From positions 1 to 64,000 of IMG/VR virus record IMGVR_UViG_3300008120_010803: a stretch of 64,000 nt of DNA; one strand, written 5' to 3'. The notes under the pieces are model-generated. The model had not been told where the DNA came from and searched no databases. It worked only from the letters and a program-made list of their open reading frames with translations. This document shows positions 18,299-28,597 of this stretch, piece by piece. A program made the position numbers and the translations under genes. Each line of letters opens with the position of its first letter. The first letter of the stretch is position 1. This DNA is from a virus.

Positions 18299-20651
18299 GG
18301 GATTTCCTCCCTCCAACACAATCAGTCCTTCGGTAAGAATTACCGAAAAAGATTTAAGCTTCGTGCCAACCACACCAAGTTTGAACCGTATAGGTTTAGT
18401 TGGGTTTGCCTCGAAGGGGCCAATCAATACACCAACAACCATTACCACACTAACACAACTCGCAAACATATTTGGCAACCCACACCCAGAGTCTGGCGAT
18501 CCCTATCTTGTTTACGCTGCCCAACTTGCCTTGCAAGTAAGCAACGAGGTAGTGATTGTTCGTGTTGCTGATACCAATATTGCAAGTCCAACCTATGCCG
18601 AGACTGCCAGCGCTCCTATTCTGCCAGCAGGCCAAGTTATTAGCGTCTATTCCGCAACCTCTCCAGTTGGCAACTCAATCACTTTTGCTGACGATGCTTT
18701 CTTCCGCTGGAAGCTGAATGGTGTCCTAGCTGCAAAAACCTTGGTTGTTTTGGCTGGAACCTATTCAACAAGCACTTTGGTTGACGAACTTAATAGTCAG
18801 CTAGACTATGCTGTCGATGGAATCGAGTTCTTCGTACAAGGTACCGGATACCCAACTGTTGGAATTAAAACTACTTGGGCTTATGGTCCTAGCGCAGTTC
18901 TAGAGTTTGTCAGCGTACAAAACATGCTTGTTGGTCCCGGTAGTCCTGTCTACTTGGGTGAGGACATGGAGCCTGCCGTTCTTACCGGCACAGCCGTCCA
19001 ATTCCCTGATGATGGTTCTTCCACATCCCCAGACACTTGGGACTTCAGCACACTTACCAGCTTGACACTACAGGTTGTTGTTCAAGGCACAGACAATGTG
19101 AACATCGATGATGTTGTTCAAGTTGTTGACCTAGCAACCCTCTTGTCAGGTGGCCCTTACACCACCCAAGATGTAGTTGATGAAATTAACAACTACATCA
19201 CAGCTGAACTCCCCGGAGGATTTGAAGCTGTTACAGAAGGTGGCTACAACATAATACTAAAAACTCTAACTTTCGGTAGAGATGCCAAGATTAGCGTTAA
19301 GCCTGCCAGCACCGGAGATGTAGTCTTTGGTATGTCAAATAACATTCAGTCTGGTGTTTCTCCCAGCACAAGTTCCGATGCAGTCGGCGCTTATACAGCT
19401 GGCATCTTCACCGGCCCAACAGCTGCCGGAACTACTCCAACATTCACAGTTCTAGCTGATTCCCCCGGTCAAGATGGCAACAGCACTAGCGTAGTCATCA
19501 CCAACGAAACTGGTGGAACTTTCAATATTCAGGTCTACAACAACTCAAATCCTGTTGAGGCTTGGGGCAACCTAACTAAGAATGAGATGTCCCAATACTA
19601 TGTTGGAACCTACTTGGCATTAGTGAGCGATTACATCAAAGTCACAGACAACACTACCATCTCTGCCCCTCCAGTAAACAGCCCAGCAACTGGTGTTGCT
19701 TTGTCTGGTGGAACCGATGGTATTCCAACTGATCCAGATGCTCAAGATGCTCTCTTGATAGGAAGCCCTGTTGCATACACAGGATTATATTCCTTGTCTG
19801 AGCCAGAGCAAATTGATATTGATCTAGTTGCAGTCCCCGGACACTCCTCAACAAGTGTTGTAGTGGCTCTACTGAATCTCTGCCAAAATCTCAGACAGGA
19901 TTGCTTGGCAATCGTTGATCCTCCTCTTGGTCTCACACCACAGGAAATCATAGACTGGCAAAATGGTGTTCATCCACTTAACACCGTCCGATTTGACTCT
20001 GACTTTGGCGCACTTTACTGGCCTTGGGTCAAGATTCGTGACACTTACAACAATCTAGATGTTTGGGTTCCACCTAGTGGTGCCGTATTAGCAACAATCG
20101 CCAGAAGTGACAGCTTGTCATTCCCATGGTTTGCACCAGCCGGTGTAAACAGAGGTGTTGTTCCCGGCATCACAGATGTCTACTCTCAACCAACTCTAAC
20201 AGAGAGAGACTTGATGTATGGCAACAGAAATGCAATCAACCCAATTATCACCTATCCCGACATCGATGGATTCTTAGTGTGGGGCCAAAAGACTCTACAA
20301 CGCAGACCCACCGCTCTTGATAGAGTGAATGTAAGAAGATTGATGTTTTATCTTGAAAAGAACATCAGAATTCAAAGTCGTTCCTTGCTGTTCGACCCAC
20401 ACACCGAGCAGTTGAGAGAGCGCTTTGTCGATCTTTGCAAGGGTATTCTTCAAAATGTAGTTACAAACCAAGGCATTTATGACTATGTCGTGAAATGTGA
20501 TGCAGAATTGAATACTGCTGATGTAATCGACAGAAACGAAATGAGAGCCAGAATTGGCGTACAGCCTGTAAAAGCAGCAGAGTTCATCTTCATCGAGTTC
20601 TCTTTGCACAGAACTGGCAGCTTTACTGAAAATACTGAGGTAGTTGTTTAA
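18285..20651 (+). CDS. contractile tail sheath protein, T4 gp18-like
   Basis: SPSVRITEKD, GFASKGP, YWPW, PWFAPAG..RG, WGQKTL, RVNVRRL. Confidence 0.97.
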   Translation: MAILKGFPPSNTISPSVRITEKDLSFVPTTPSLNRIGLVGFASKGPINTPTTITTLTQLANIFGNPHPESGDPYLVYAAQLALQVSNEVVIVRVADTNIASPTYAETASAPILPAGQVISVYSATSPVGNSITFADDAFFRWKLNGVLAAKTLVVLAGTYSTSTLVDELNSQLDYAVDGIEFFVQGTGYPTVGIKTTWAYGPSAVLEFVSVQNMLVGPGSPVYLGEDMEPAVLTGTAVQFPDDGSSTSPDTWDFSTLTSLTLQVVVQGTDNVNIDDVVQVVDLATLLSGGPYTTQDVVDEINNYITAELPGGFEAVTEGGYNIILKTLTFGRDAKISVKPASTGDVVFGMSNNIQSGVSPSTSSDAVGAYTAGIFTGPTAAGTTPTFTVLADSPGQDGNSTSVVITNETGGTFNIQVYNNSNPVEAWGNLTKNEMSQYYVGTYLALVSDYIKVTDNTTISAPPVNSPATGVALSGGTDGIPTDPDAQDALLIGSPVAYTGLYSLSEPEQIDIDLVAVPGHSSTSVVVALLNLCQNLRQDCLAIVDPPLGLTPQEIIDWQNGVHPLNTVRFDSDFGALYWPWVKIRDTYNNLDVWVPPSGAVLATIARSDSLSFPWFAPAGVNRGVVPGITDVYSQPTLTERDLMYGNRNAINPIITYPDIDGFLVWGQKTLQRRPTALDRVNVRRLMFYLEKNIRIQSRSLLFDPHTEQLRERFVDLCKGILQNVVTNQGIYDYVVKCDAELNTADVIDRNEMRARIGVQPVKAAEFIFIEFSLHRTGSFTENTEVVV

Positions 20652-20671
20652 TAACTAGATAGGAGATTTTT

Positions 20672-21253
20672 ATGGCCTACAATATGGGTATTGGCAAAAT
20701 TGCCGATCAAAATGTTACATTCAAAAGGAAGTTTAGATGGGTTTTCAGAGTCGATGGCATCGGTGGCAACGCTAGTGCCTTCATTCCTGATCACTTTGTG
20801 AAAACCACAAAGAGGCCCAGCGTTGATATGCAGGAAGTTACCGTGCATCACTTGCATGGCTATATGCCAATGCCGGGAAAACCAACCTTTGGTGATGCCG
20901 AAGTTGTTTACTATGATATCGTTGATAGCGATAACAGCATGTTATCTCTTTACAACTGGATTGGTGGAGTCTATGACTTCTTATCCCCCAGCAGCAGCCC
21001 AATCAACCCAAGAATGGCAGTAAGGGCAACTGGTCCCGGTGGTTACACCGCAACAGCTAAGCTCGTCATGCTTGATGGTTGCGGTAATGGACTAGAGCAA
21101 TTCACGATGTACCTATGCTGGCCCAAGAGTGTTGATTTTGGTGATTTGGGTTATGATCAAAACGACCAATGCGATATCACCGTGAGCATGAAATACCAGT
21201 TCATGAACAGAACAAACTTGGCTGGAGCACAGCCAGTATTCAATGGTTGCTGA
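20672..21253 (+). CDS. tail tube protein, T4 gp19-like
   Basis: Follows sheath; KRKFRW, PGKPTF, LDGCG...WP..VDFGDLGY. Confidence 0.85.
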   Translation: MAYNMGIGKIADQNVTFKRKFRWVFRVDGIGGNASAFIPDHFVKTTKRPSVDMQEVTVHHLHGYMPMPGKPTFGDAEVVYYDIVDSDNSMLSLYNWIGGVYDFLSPSSSPINPRMAVRATGPGGYTATAKLVMLDGCGNGLEQFTMYLCWPKSVDFGDLGYDQNDQCDITVSMKYQFMNRTNLAGAQPVFNGC

Positions 21254-21276
21254 TTCTGAATATTAAACAATACCTC

Positions 21277-21306
21277 AAAGGCATCAGTTTTACTGATGCC
21301 TTTTTT
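21277..21306 (+). terminator. Rho-independent terminator after tail tube gene
   Basis: AAAGGCATCAGT-TTT-ACTGATGCCTTTTTT. Confidence 0.85.
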
Positions 21307-21340
21307 CATATCAAAACATAAATAATCTTGGAGGATTATA

Positions 21341-21826
21341 GTGGCGCAATTACTTGGAATATCTTGGGCTTGGCAAACAGTTTTCAAGAGGAAATTTCGT
21401 TATTTATTTACGATTCCAGATGTTTGTGATGATGGCATATTTTCATGGCCGTCATTAACAGCTGGAAGACCGTCTATAAAATTTGACTCAATAACAGTAC
21501 CACACTTGCAAGAAACCATTAGTTTTCCATCAAGGCCGAATTTTGATCCGATTAACATAACTTTATATGACATTTCATCAAATAATCCGGTATGGAATTG
21601 GATATTACAGATTTACAACCCTAATTTTGGACTTTACACAAAGAGTAGCCCACATAAAAAGTTGTGTCGGATTTTTACCTTAGATGGTTGTGGAAATCCC
21701 TTAGATGTTTGGATTTTAGAAGGCGCTTATTGTGAAAGTGCCAATTTTGGCTCTCTAGATATGTCTAATGGAGATGTTGTTACTGTAGACATATCAATTA
21801 AATATGACAGAGCATATAAAAACTAG
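21341..21826 (+). CDS. second tail-tube-fold protein
   Basis: Paralog of 20672: FKRKFRY, LDGCGN, NFGSLD. Confidence 0.75.
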   Translation: MAQLLGISWAWQTVFKRKFRYLFTIPDVCDDGIFSWPSLTAGRPSIKFDSITVPHLQETISFPSRPNFDPINITLYDISSNNPVWNWILQIYNPNFGLYTKSSPHKKLCRIFTLDGCGNPLDVWILEGAYCESANFGSLDMSNGDVVTVDISIKYDRAYKN

Positions 21827-22059
21827 TCTAAAAACTGATCTGCCTTAATTGTTTCTCTGCATTTACTCAAAAAATCTTCAAGCTCTTTAGGCTTCATTCC
21901 AAGAATCCGACATGCTCCGCTTTTATTAAGCCTGCCTTTTTTGGTATACACTTTGCTTTCATTGAGAAGAAGAGCTTCAATCTTATCTTTGAAACCATTG
22001 TTTTCTAAAATTTGAAGAATTTCTTGTTTTTCGAGTACTTCTAAAAAATTTTTTCGCAT
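21823..22059 (-). CDS. small HTH-like protein
   Basis: LNKSGACRILGMKPKEL. Confidence 0.55.
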   Translation of the reverse strand: MRKNFLEVLEKQEILQILENNGFKDKIEALLLNESKVYTKKGRLNKSGACRILGMKPKELEDFLSKCRETIKADQFLD

Positions 22060-22141
22060 GATATTAAGACAGCATATAAGCAGTCATTCCTTTCCTTATA
22101 AAAGAAATACAAACTATTATATGAATCATTGAATGATAAAA

Positions 22142-22678
22142 CTATCTTCTTTCATAATACTTATCAAAATTTTTACTATTTATTTTGTCTTTTCTTTTAT
22201 TCATCAAATCAATTCCAAGTCTTATTTGTTGTATGTCATTGTATCTCTTTTTCAATTCTTGGTAATTTCTAGCTGATCTCCATAACTGTCTAAAATGGTT
22301 TAGGATACATGTTGTCATGTAATTGAATGCTTTTCCTTTTGCCGGATCGAATTTTTCTGCTCTTTCAAAGCATATCAATACGCCTTCTTGTACAGCGTCA
22401 TCTTCATCTATATGGCTAAACTTAGCATATCTAACTATGTTTTGTGACAGGGTGTAAAACGCAGTTGCCAAAATTCGTTGTGCTTCTGCATAGTCTAATT
22501 CGGCATTTCTTATTTCAGATTCATCAACTATCAAAGGCGATTTAAGATTTTTAGCTATTCGTTTTTGCATTTCCATATCTTTTTGCAAAAAGCTTAACCT
22601 CTGCTTGGCTCTTTGTGCTTTTTGATACTTTATTATTATTATCTCAAATGATTTATTGTTTAGATATTCAGTAGACAT
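22142..22678 (-). CDS. late-transcription sigma factor, T4 gp55-like
   Basis: YLNNK N-terminus; DDAVQEG...KFDPAKGKAFNYMT..ILNHF (sigma region 2). Confidence 0.8.
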   Translation of the reverse strand: MSTEYLNNKSFEIIIIKYQKAQRAKQRLSFLQKDMEMQKRIAKNLKSPLIVDESEIRNAELDYAEAQRILATAFYTLSQNIVRYAKFSHIDEDDAVQEGVLICFERAEKFDPAKGKAFNYMTTCILNHFRQLWRSARNYQELKKRYNDIQQIRLGIDLMNKRKDKINSKNFDKYYERR

Positions 22679-22699
22679 TTTTCTCCTTTGGTAATATAA

Positions 22700-22867
22700 A
22701 TGAAAAACATACTTGAAATTTTTTACGACTATTTATGGAATCCGCAAAAAAAACATCTTTTAATTCACATTATAGAAATTTTAGATAATAATAAAACATT
22801 AGTCAAGAACAAAGATATATTTAAATCTATTTTTGAGGAAAAAATAAATGATAGCAATATTAATTGA
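22700..22867 (+). CDS. small hypothetical protein (55 aa, not in ORF track)
   Basis: MKNILEIFYDYLW... fills the gap and overlaps the next gene. Confidence 0.45.
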   Translation: MKNILEIFYDYLWNPQKKHLLIHIIEILDNNKTLVKNKDIFKSIFEEKINDSNIN

Positions 22868-23696
22868 TCATTTAAAAGACCCATCTCAAGAGGTTTATTT
22901 TAAAAAATTTTCTGATTTAATATTAACGACAAATCAAGACTTCAAATATTTCGATTCAAAGATACTTAATGATAAAAATTCATTAGAAAAGTTTTGTTAT
23001 CAAAATAAAATTGATGGCATACTTAAAGTAAATGCTAGTGAAAGTATCAAACATTTTAGTTTGGATGATTTCGAAGTTAAAACAAACTTTGTTTGTGTGA
23101 GTGATGGAAAATGGATTAAAAAACAAAAACGATTTTTTTCTAATAAATTATTATATAAAAACCAATCTTCTCAACAAATAATTTTACAAGACACATCAGT
23201 AAAATTTAAAAGTCCTATATTAGATGACGATTGTAAGGATTTAGTTTCGATTTATGAAAAAAAAGACTACAAAAAATTCTTACTAGAGTCTGAAAAATGG
23301 ATATTCCACAATTCTAAAGAAATTCAAAATCAAGTCATGATTCGTTATTACTGTGGTTTAGTTTATAACTTTAAGATGCAAAATTTAAAAAAATCATTGG
23401 AGCATTTAGGAGTAGCTATTTTTCTGGCTCCCTCTATGGTCGAATTGTGGTGTGCATGGGCAGATATTTTACTTGACAACAAATTTTATGAAAAGTCTTT
23501 AGCCATTTACAAGAACGCAATGATCGTTAAACAAAAAAGAGATATATTCGATACACAACCAATATGGATTGACAGAAATGAAGACTATGCTAAGAAAATG
23601 TATGACTCAGTAAAAAAAACAATATCGAATATAAAAATTGTAATAAGCACAGATCAAAACAATTCTTCAAGTTCATTTACAACTACAGTAACTTGA
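22848..23696 (+). CDS. TPR-containing protein, possibly a degenerate glycosyltransferase-TPR
   Basis: C-terminal TPR-like helices (YYCG.VY, P.MVELWC, AIYKNA). Confidence 0.5.
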   Translation: MIAILIDHLKDPSQEVYFKKFSDLILTTNQDFKYFDSKILNDKNSLEKFCYQNKIDGILKVNASESIKHFSLDDFEVKTNFVCVSDGKWIKKQKRFFSNKLLYKNQSSQQIILQDTSVKFKSPILDDDCKDLVSIYEKKDYKKFLLESEKWIFHNSKEIQNQVMIRYYCGLVYNFKMQNLKKSLEHLGVAIFLAPSMVELWCAWADILLDNKFYEKSLAIYKNAMIVKQKRDIFDTQPIWIDRNEDYAKKMYDSVKKTISNIKIVISTDQNNSSSSFTTTVT

Positions 23697-24037
23697 TCTT
23701 CGTATCGTGTAACTGCTATTTGTTTTCTACCGGGGCGTAGCGACTTTAGTTTAGATTCTAGCTCACCTATAGAACAATTTATAACCATCCAGTTATTTCT
23801 CGAAAGCTTTTCTATTTTTTCATCTAATGACTTATAGTTTTTATCTGGGAAATATTCTTCCAAAGCTTTTTTTGCTTCACGCATTATTTTTTCATAAATT
23901 GGAAAATTGCATGTGCAATTTGGATTATTAAGAAACTTTTGCACATCTGGATGAACAGATTCTGGTAGTTTTTCTCTGAATTTTTTATCTCTTAAAGCTG
24001 TTTTTATATCAAGTAGTGTTATATCACCGCTTTTCAT
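23654..24037 (-). CDS. hypothetical protein
   Basis: Part of overlapping minus-strand run. Confidence 0.65.
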   Translation of the reverse strand: MKSGDITLLDIKTALRDKKFREKLPESVHPDVQKFLNNPNCTCNFPIYEKIMREAKKALEEYFPDKNYKSLDEKIEKLSRNNWMVINCSIGELESKLKSLRPGRKQIAVTRYEDQVTVVVNELEELF

Positions 24038-24254
24038 TTTTGACTTCCTTCAACAAAAATCCACAAGTCATACATTTTTTAAAACTTTTTCTTTCTACAT
24101 ATTCCGCTTTAGTTTTTTTACTAGTTTCTGGCTCAATGTGAGGAATCTTCTTTTGCAAGTTTGCTCGTTGAATTTCAACTAAATGAGTTTCAGAAGTATC
24201 ATAATAATACTTCTTTGCACACTTTTCACACCAAAATGTTGATTTATTATTCAT
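24024..24254 (-). CDS. zinc-ribbon protein
   Basis: CEKC...CMTCG. Confidence 0.6.
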   Translation of the reverse strand: MNNKSTFWCEKCAKKYYYDTSETHLVEIQRANLQKKIPHIEPETSKKTKAEYVERKSFKKCMTCGFLLKEVKNEKR

Positions 24255-24573
24255 GAACTTTAATTTGTGTATTAGCCTCAATATACATAAGAAGCATAGC
24301 ATAAAAATAAGAAAGACAAGAACCAGCACATCCTACAGCGAATACTTTACCGACATCAAAAAAAGATAATTGTGGTGGAAAAAAGAAAATTAGTCCCATG
24401 AAAATTCCTGACCAAAATCCAGAGCATTGATAACAATTAAGCATCTTCATCAAAAAAACCGGGACAATTTTTTCTATAAGAGATTTAAATTTGCTAGATA
24501 TTTCACTTTCAACAATAATTTGTGTCATGCCTACTGTTCCTATGAGACACAACAAAAGACTCACTACTTCCAT
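24247..24573 (-). CDS. membrane protein, DUF1360-like
   Basis: Three hydrophobic segments; LNCYQCSGFW. Confidence 0.6.
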   Translation of the reverse strand: MEVVSLLLCLIGTVGMTQIIVESEISSKFKSLIEKIVPVFLMKMLNCYQCSGFWSGIFMGLIFFFPPQLSFFDVGKVFAVGCAGSCLSYFYAMLLMYIEANTQIKVHE

Positions 24574-24932
24574 AATGTTACTCCTATAAAATTATTTTTA
24601 CGATACAAGCAAAAGTCTATACAATTAAAGTCTTCTGGCATTTGAAATTCAAGATTTTCTATAGTTTCGTCTACATTATGGACTAATGATGAATCGTCTC
24701 TAAGAAGAATAACATCATCTTGTAATATATATTTTAAGATATTAATGTCATCCGAATCTATGTTTTTCAATAATTTTGAAATACTTTCTGATCTGATAAA
24801 CTTCAAAGCTGGAATTACTTGAGACATATTCCAATTATCAAAAATATGTTTATGCCTTGTTAGTTTTGATGTTATTTTTTTGTTCTTAAATATAATATCT
24901 TCTATATTTTTCGAAGTTAAAATAATTGGCAT
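24564..24932 (-). CDS. hypothetical protein
   Basis: First gene of minus-strand run. Confidence 0.6.
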   Translation of the reverse strand: MPIILTSKNIEDIIFKNKKITSKLTRHKHIFDNWNMSQVIPALKFIRSESISKLLKNIDSDDINILKYILQDDVILLRDDSSLVHNVDETIENLEFQMPEDFNCIDFCLYRKNNFIGVTLWK

Positions 24933-24971
24933 AAACTATTATAATCTTAAATTGTGAAATTAGGAGAAAAA

Positions 24972-26066
24972 ATGACTGATGAGATTTATCGCCCACAAAG
25001 ACCCAATCAAAACCCACAGCAATCTAATCCAATGCAGAACCTCCCGCATCAGCATCCGGCTTTTAACCCAGCCATGCAGCCCGAACCCGTTCCCCCACAC
25101 ATTGCCCAAAGAATGGAAGTTGAAGACGAATCAAAAGTAAAAATTTCTGGCAACATTCCCCCCAAGCTTTTAGAACGCCTACAAAAGACTGGTGGTGTTC
25201 CTGAACAACAAGCGCCTGTTTTTACTAATGCACCTTCAATAAATACATTTTCGCAAAACTTTAGTGGCAATTTACAAAGTATTCTCGAAAGCTTGAAATC
25301 ACATTCGAGCCACTATGAGCAAGTTACTTTGCCATCTATGGGGCGCTTTTATGACGGCACAGATGGCCCTACTAATGGGGTGCTACATATTCGACCTATG
25401 ACAGGGGAAGAAGAGCAAATCTTAGCCACACCACGATTTGTGAAAAAGGGTACTGCAATAAATATGATTTTCTCAAGGTGCATTCAAGAAAACATAAAGC
25501 CGGAAAATCTTTTATCTGTTGATAGAACATTTATCTTGATTTACTTGCGTGGCATTTCTTACGGTACAGAGTATGAAGTTGAAATCAAAGACCCAGAAAG
25601 TGATCGTAAGTTTACTACTGTTATTGACCTTGATACTTTAGAAGTCGAAAACTGCCCTGTTGATTATGGCCCTACTTTGATGGATGTTCTTCCGAAGAGC
25701 AACCTTTCAGTCACATATCGTTTGAGTAGAGGAAGAGATGAGATTGCGCTACAAGAATACAGAGAGAAGAAACTAAAAAACATCGGTGAAAATGGTTCTG
25801 ATGATAGTTTGATTTACAGAACTGCTCAGCTTATCGAAGAAATTCAGGGAGTAACAGATAAACATGAACTTCAGATATTGATCAAGAATCTACCGATTCA
25901 AGATGTTTCTTATTTGCGTAATTTGGTCACAGAACCTCCTTTTGGTATCGATACCAAAGTTACAGTTATTTCTCCTCTCACATCTGATGAATTCACTATC
26001 GAACTACCACTTGAAGCAAATTTTTTCTTCCCAAGGGGCAAGAAGAAGGAGAAAACCCAAGCATAA
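24972..26066 (+). CDS. baseplate hub/tail assembly protein, T4 gp26-like
   Basis: VTLPS.G, IRPMTGEEEQIL, DR.FILIYLRGISYG..Y, C-terminal NFFF; AGGAG RBS. Confidence 0.75.
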   Translation: MTDEIYRPQRPNQNPQQSNPMQNLPHQHPAFNPAMQPEPVPPHIAQRMEVEDESKVKISGNIPPKLLERLQKTGGVPEQQAPVFTNAPSINTFSQNFSGNLQSILESLKSHSSHYEQVTLPSMGRFYDGTDGPTNGVLHIRPMTGEEEQILATPRFVKKGTAINMIFSRCIQENIKPENLLSVDRTFILIYLRGISYGTEYEVEIKDPESDRKFTTVIDLDTLEVENCPVDYGPTLMDVLPKSNLSVTYRLSRGRDEIALQEYREKKLKNIGENGSDDSLIYRTAQLIEEIQGVTDKHELQILIKNLPIQDVSYLRNLVTEPPFGIDTKVTVISPLTSDEFTIELPLEANFFFPRGKKKEKTQA

Positions 26067-26083
26067 TTTTATGGAAAAACCTC

Positions 26084-26233
26084 ATGGAAGAAATATTTTT
26101 CTTTAGATATCATTTAAGTACGAGTCGTGAGGAATGGGGCAGAATGCAAGTTGCAGAAAGACGATTCCTCATGGAAAGATTTATCGAACAGAAAAACATG
26201 GAACAAGAAGAGCTAGAAAAAAATAAAAAATGA
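26084..26233 (+). CDS. 49-aa ORF in the -1 frame, T4 gp51-like or frameshift extension
   Basis: MEEIFFFRYHL...MQVAERRFLMERF; frame open from at least 26021. Confidence 0.6.
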   Translation: MEEIFFFRYHLSTSREEWGRMQVAERRFLMERFIEQKNMEQEELEKNKK

Positions 26234-26255
26234 TTTCCAATGAGGTAAATAAAGG

Positions 26256-26999
26256 ATGGCAGCAGTAAAAGAGAGATACCAAAATCCAGTCGTTGGTGAC
26301 ACAGTCATCCTTAGATTGTTTTTTTACAATAGCAATAATTTTGCAAATGTTGAAGGCATAGTAAAAATAGATATTTACAAATTGGCTGATGGAGCCGGGA
26401 TTAACGACCCTGCTGCAAGAACACTTGTTCAAACAATTGAACCTGTTGATATATTACAAACAGATACTGGTCAATACTATACCGAAATATTAGTTGAAGA
26501 AAACCAGTACACTATTGGTAATTATGTTGATGTTTGGACTGTAAATTTCAATAACAACTACGAAGAAGTTTCTGAAGTTACAAACCCATTCACTATCTAT
26601 CCTAATCTTTGGTATACAACTCCAATTCCAGTTGTTTACGATTTCAATTTTGCATTTAGACCATCAAGACTAAGACAGGGTTCAAAGCGTTACATAATTA
26701 TTGAAGTAACTCCTAATGTGCCAAAAGGAACAGATTTACAAAGATACTATGAAAATTTAGCAATCGTCGGACAGATGAAAGTATCTATCGAGCAAAGATC
26801 AGGTGCTTGCTTGCCACAAGAGCAAGATTTAAGGATGATCGTTGAGGGAGAGCCTGTAACTTTTAGAGAAAAACGATTTGGATATTATATGATAGATACT
26901 AGTGATATGGAAGTTGGAATTTATGATATATGGTTTGAACTTGATCTTGGAGATAACATTTATATTTCTGAAAGAAACCAACTGCAAATTTTCAATTAG
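26256..26999 (+). CDS. putative virion structural protein (beta-rich)
   Basis: Two similar halves (TGQYY..GNYVDVW / GYYMID..GIYDIWF); late-type motif upstream. Confidence 0.55.
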   Translation: MAAVKERYQNPVVGDTVILRLFFYNSNNFANVEGIVKIDIYKLADGAGINDPAARTLVQTIEPVDILQTDTGQYYTEILVEENQYTIGNYVDVWTVNFNNNYEEVSEVTNPFTIYPNLWYTTPIPVVYDFNFAFRPSRLRQGSKRYIIIEVTPNVPKGTDLQRYYENLAIVGQMKVSIEQRSGACLPQEQDLRMIVEGEPVTFREKRFGYYMIDTSDMEVGIYDIWFELDLGDNIYISERNQLQIFN

Positions 27000-27112
27000 T
27001 AGTCAAAAATAATTCAGCTTAGTAATATGTCATCAGTCTGGCGAAACTATTTTTGGTTTCTCCTAATGATGTTCTGAAAGATTCAATATCAATACTTATG
27101 GAGGATTTTTAA

Positions 27113-28597
27113 ATGGCTACTTTTACTGATGAGCGTCTGGATCATTGGTTCAATACAAATCAAAATGTTCTGCTTTCTGGCAAGCACGGCGTTGGTAAAA
27201 CCGCTAGGATTCAGGCCTGCTTCGAGCGCCATGGTCTGGTACAAAACGATACCTATCTCTACTTTAGTGCAAGCACACTTGACCCTTGGGTTGATCTCAT
27301 CGGTGTGCCCAAGGAACAACTGGATCAGAATGGAGAGAAATATCTTGGCATCATCCGTCCGCAGAATCTGTATAAAGGCAATGTTGTTGCTATCTTTTTC
27401 GATGAGTATAATCGGTCTCCCAAAAAGGTTCGTAATGCCGTCATGGAGTTGATTCAAAAGAAATCAATCAACGGACTTGTTTTCCCTAACTTGAAGTGTG
27501 TTTGGGCTGCTGTAAACCCTGCTACTGAAGACGATGTCTATGATGTCGAAAAGATCGATCCCGCACAGGAAGATCGTTTTCAAGTTCAAGTAGCGCTTCC
27601 TTATGCTTGCGATCAAGATTTCTTCGTGAAGCGTTATGGAGATGCTGCTGCCTCTGCTGCTATCGAGTGGTGGAACGAACTTCCTGAACCCGAAAAGAAC
27701 AAGGTGTCGCCTCGTCGCCTTCAGTACGCTTTAGATGATTATGTGAATGGCGGGGATATGGAGTTCGTTCTACCTATCAGCGCAAATATAACCAAACTTA
27801 GGCTTTCACTTAAGAATGGTTCTGTTGAAAGTAAACTCAAGGAGTTTTTTTCCAAAAAAGAACCAAAGTCAACCAAAGCTTGGTTTTCTCTCGAAAATAA
27901 TTGCAATAGTGCGTTGAGATACATTCTCAACGATAAGGAGTATTTCAACTACTTTTTACCTTTTATCAACAAAGAAAAGCTGATGGCTTTGATGTCAACT
28001 AATGATAAAGTGCTTGAGTATATGGTTCGTAATCGTGAATCTCATGATTATCAAATCATTCTCCAGAATATCGTGACTGGCACAAATGCTGACCTGCAAG
28101 CGAAGGTGCGAAGGCTTATCAACAAGATCAAAGCTGAAATGCCTGATCTTCATCATGCGCCTTATCAACCATCACCAAAAGATGATGTTGAGCCTTTCAA
28201 ACCGACTCGTAAGTCTAGCCATTCTAACAGCGCAGGTATTGCAGCTGGAATTTCAGTAATGAATACTTTTTCAATAGACACAATCGAAAAGAAAGTTGAT
28301 CTTTATGAAAGAGTAGTAAATTACATTACAGAAGATATCAGCAGCGATACTGCTGTTGGTTTGCTCAAAATCATTCAGAAGATTGTTTGCTCATCCTCTG
28401 TTGCTACCTTGAAAAGCAGCGATTTTGCAAATTTGGCTTCAGTCGTGAAATTTCTTTTGAGCCGATGCGTAAACAATGATGTAGTCAGGATTGATTCTGA
28501 CTTGGCTGAGATGGCGAAACTTTTGAAGCAGTACGCTATTTATGATGTCACTACCAATAACCAAGGAGGATCAAATGTTACTCTCACAGCCTGCTAA
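27113..28597 (+). CDS. MoxR-like AAA+ ATPase
   Basis: GKHGVGKT, FFDEYNR, AAVNP, DPAQEDRF. Confidence 0.9.
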   Translation: MATFTDERLDHWFNTNQNVLLSGKHGVGKTARIQACFERHGLVQNDTYLYFSASTLDPWVDLIGVPKEQLDQNGEKYLGIIRPQNLYKGNVVAIFFDEYNRSPKKVRNAVMELIQKKSINGLVFPNLKCVWAAVNPATEDDVYDVEKIDPAQEDRFQVQVALPYACDQDFFVKRYGDAAASAAIEWWNELPEPEKNKVSPRRLQYALDDYVNGGDMEFVLPISANITKLRLSLKNGSVESKLKEFFSKKEPKSTKAWFSLENNCNSALRYILNDKEYFNYFLPFINKEKLMALMSTNDKVLEYMVRNRESHDYQIILQNIVTGTNADLQAKVRRLINKIKAEMPDLHHAPYQPSPKDDVEPFKPTRKSSHSNSAGIAAGISVMNTFSIDTIEKKVDLYERVVNYITEDISSDTAVGLLKIIQKIVCSSSVATLKSSDFANLASVVKFLLSRCVNNDVVRIDSDLAEMAKLLKQYAIYDVTTNNQGGSNVTLTAC

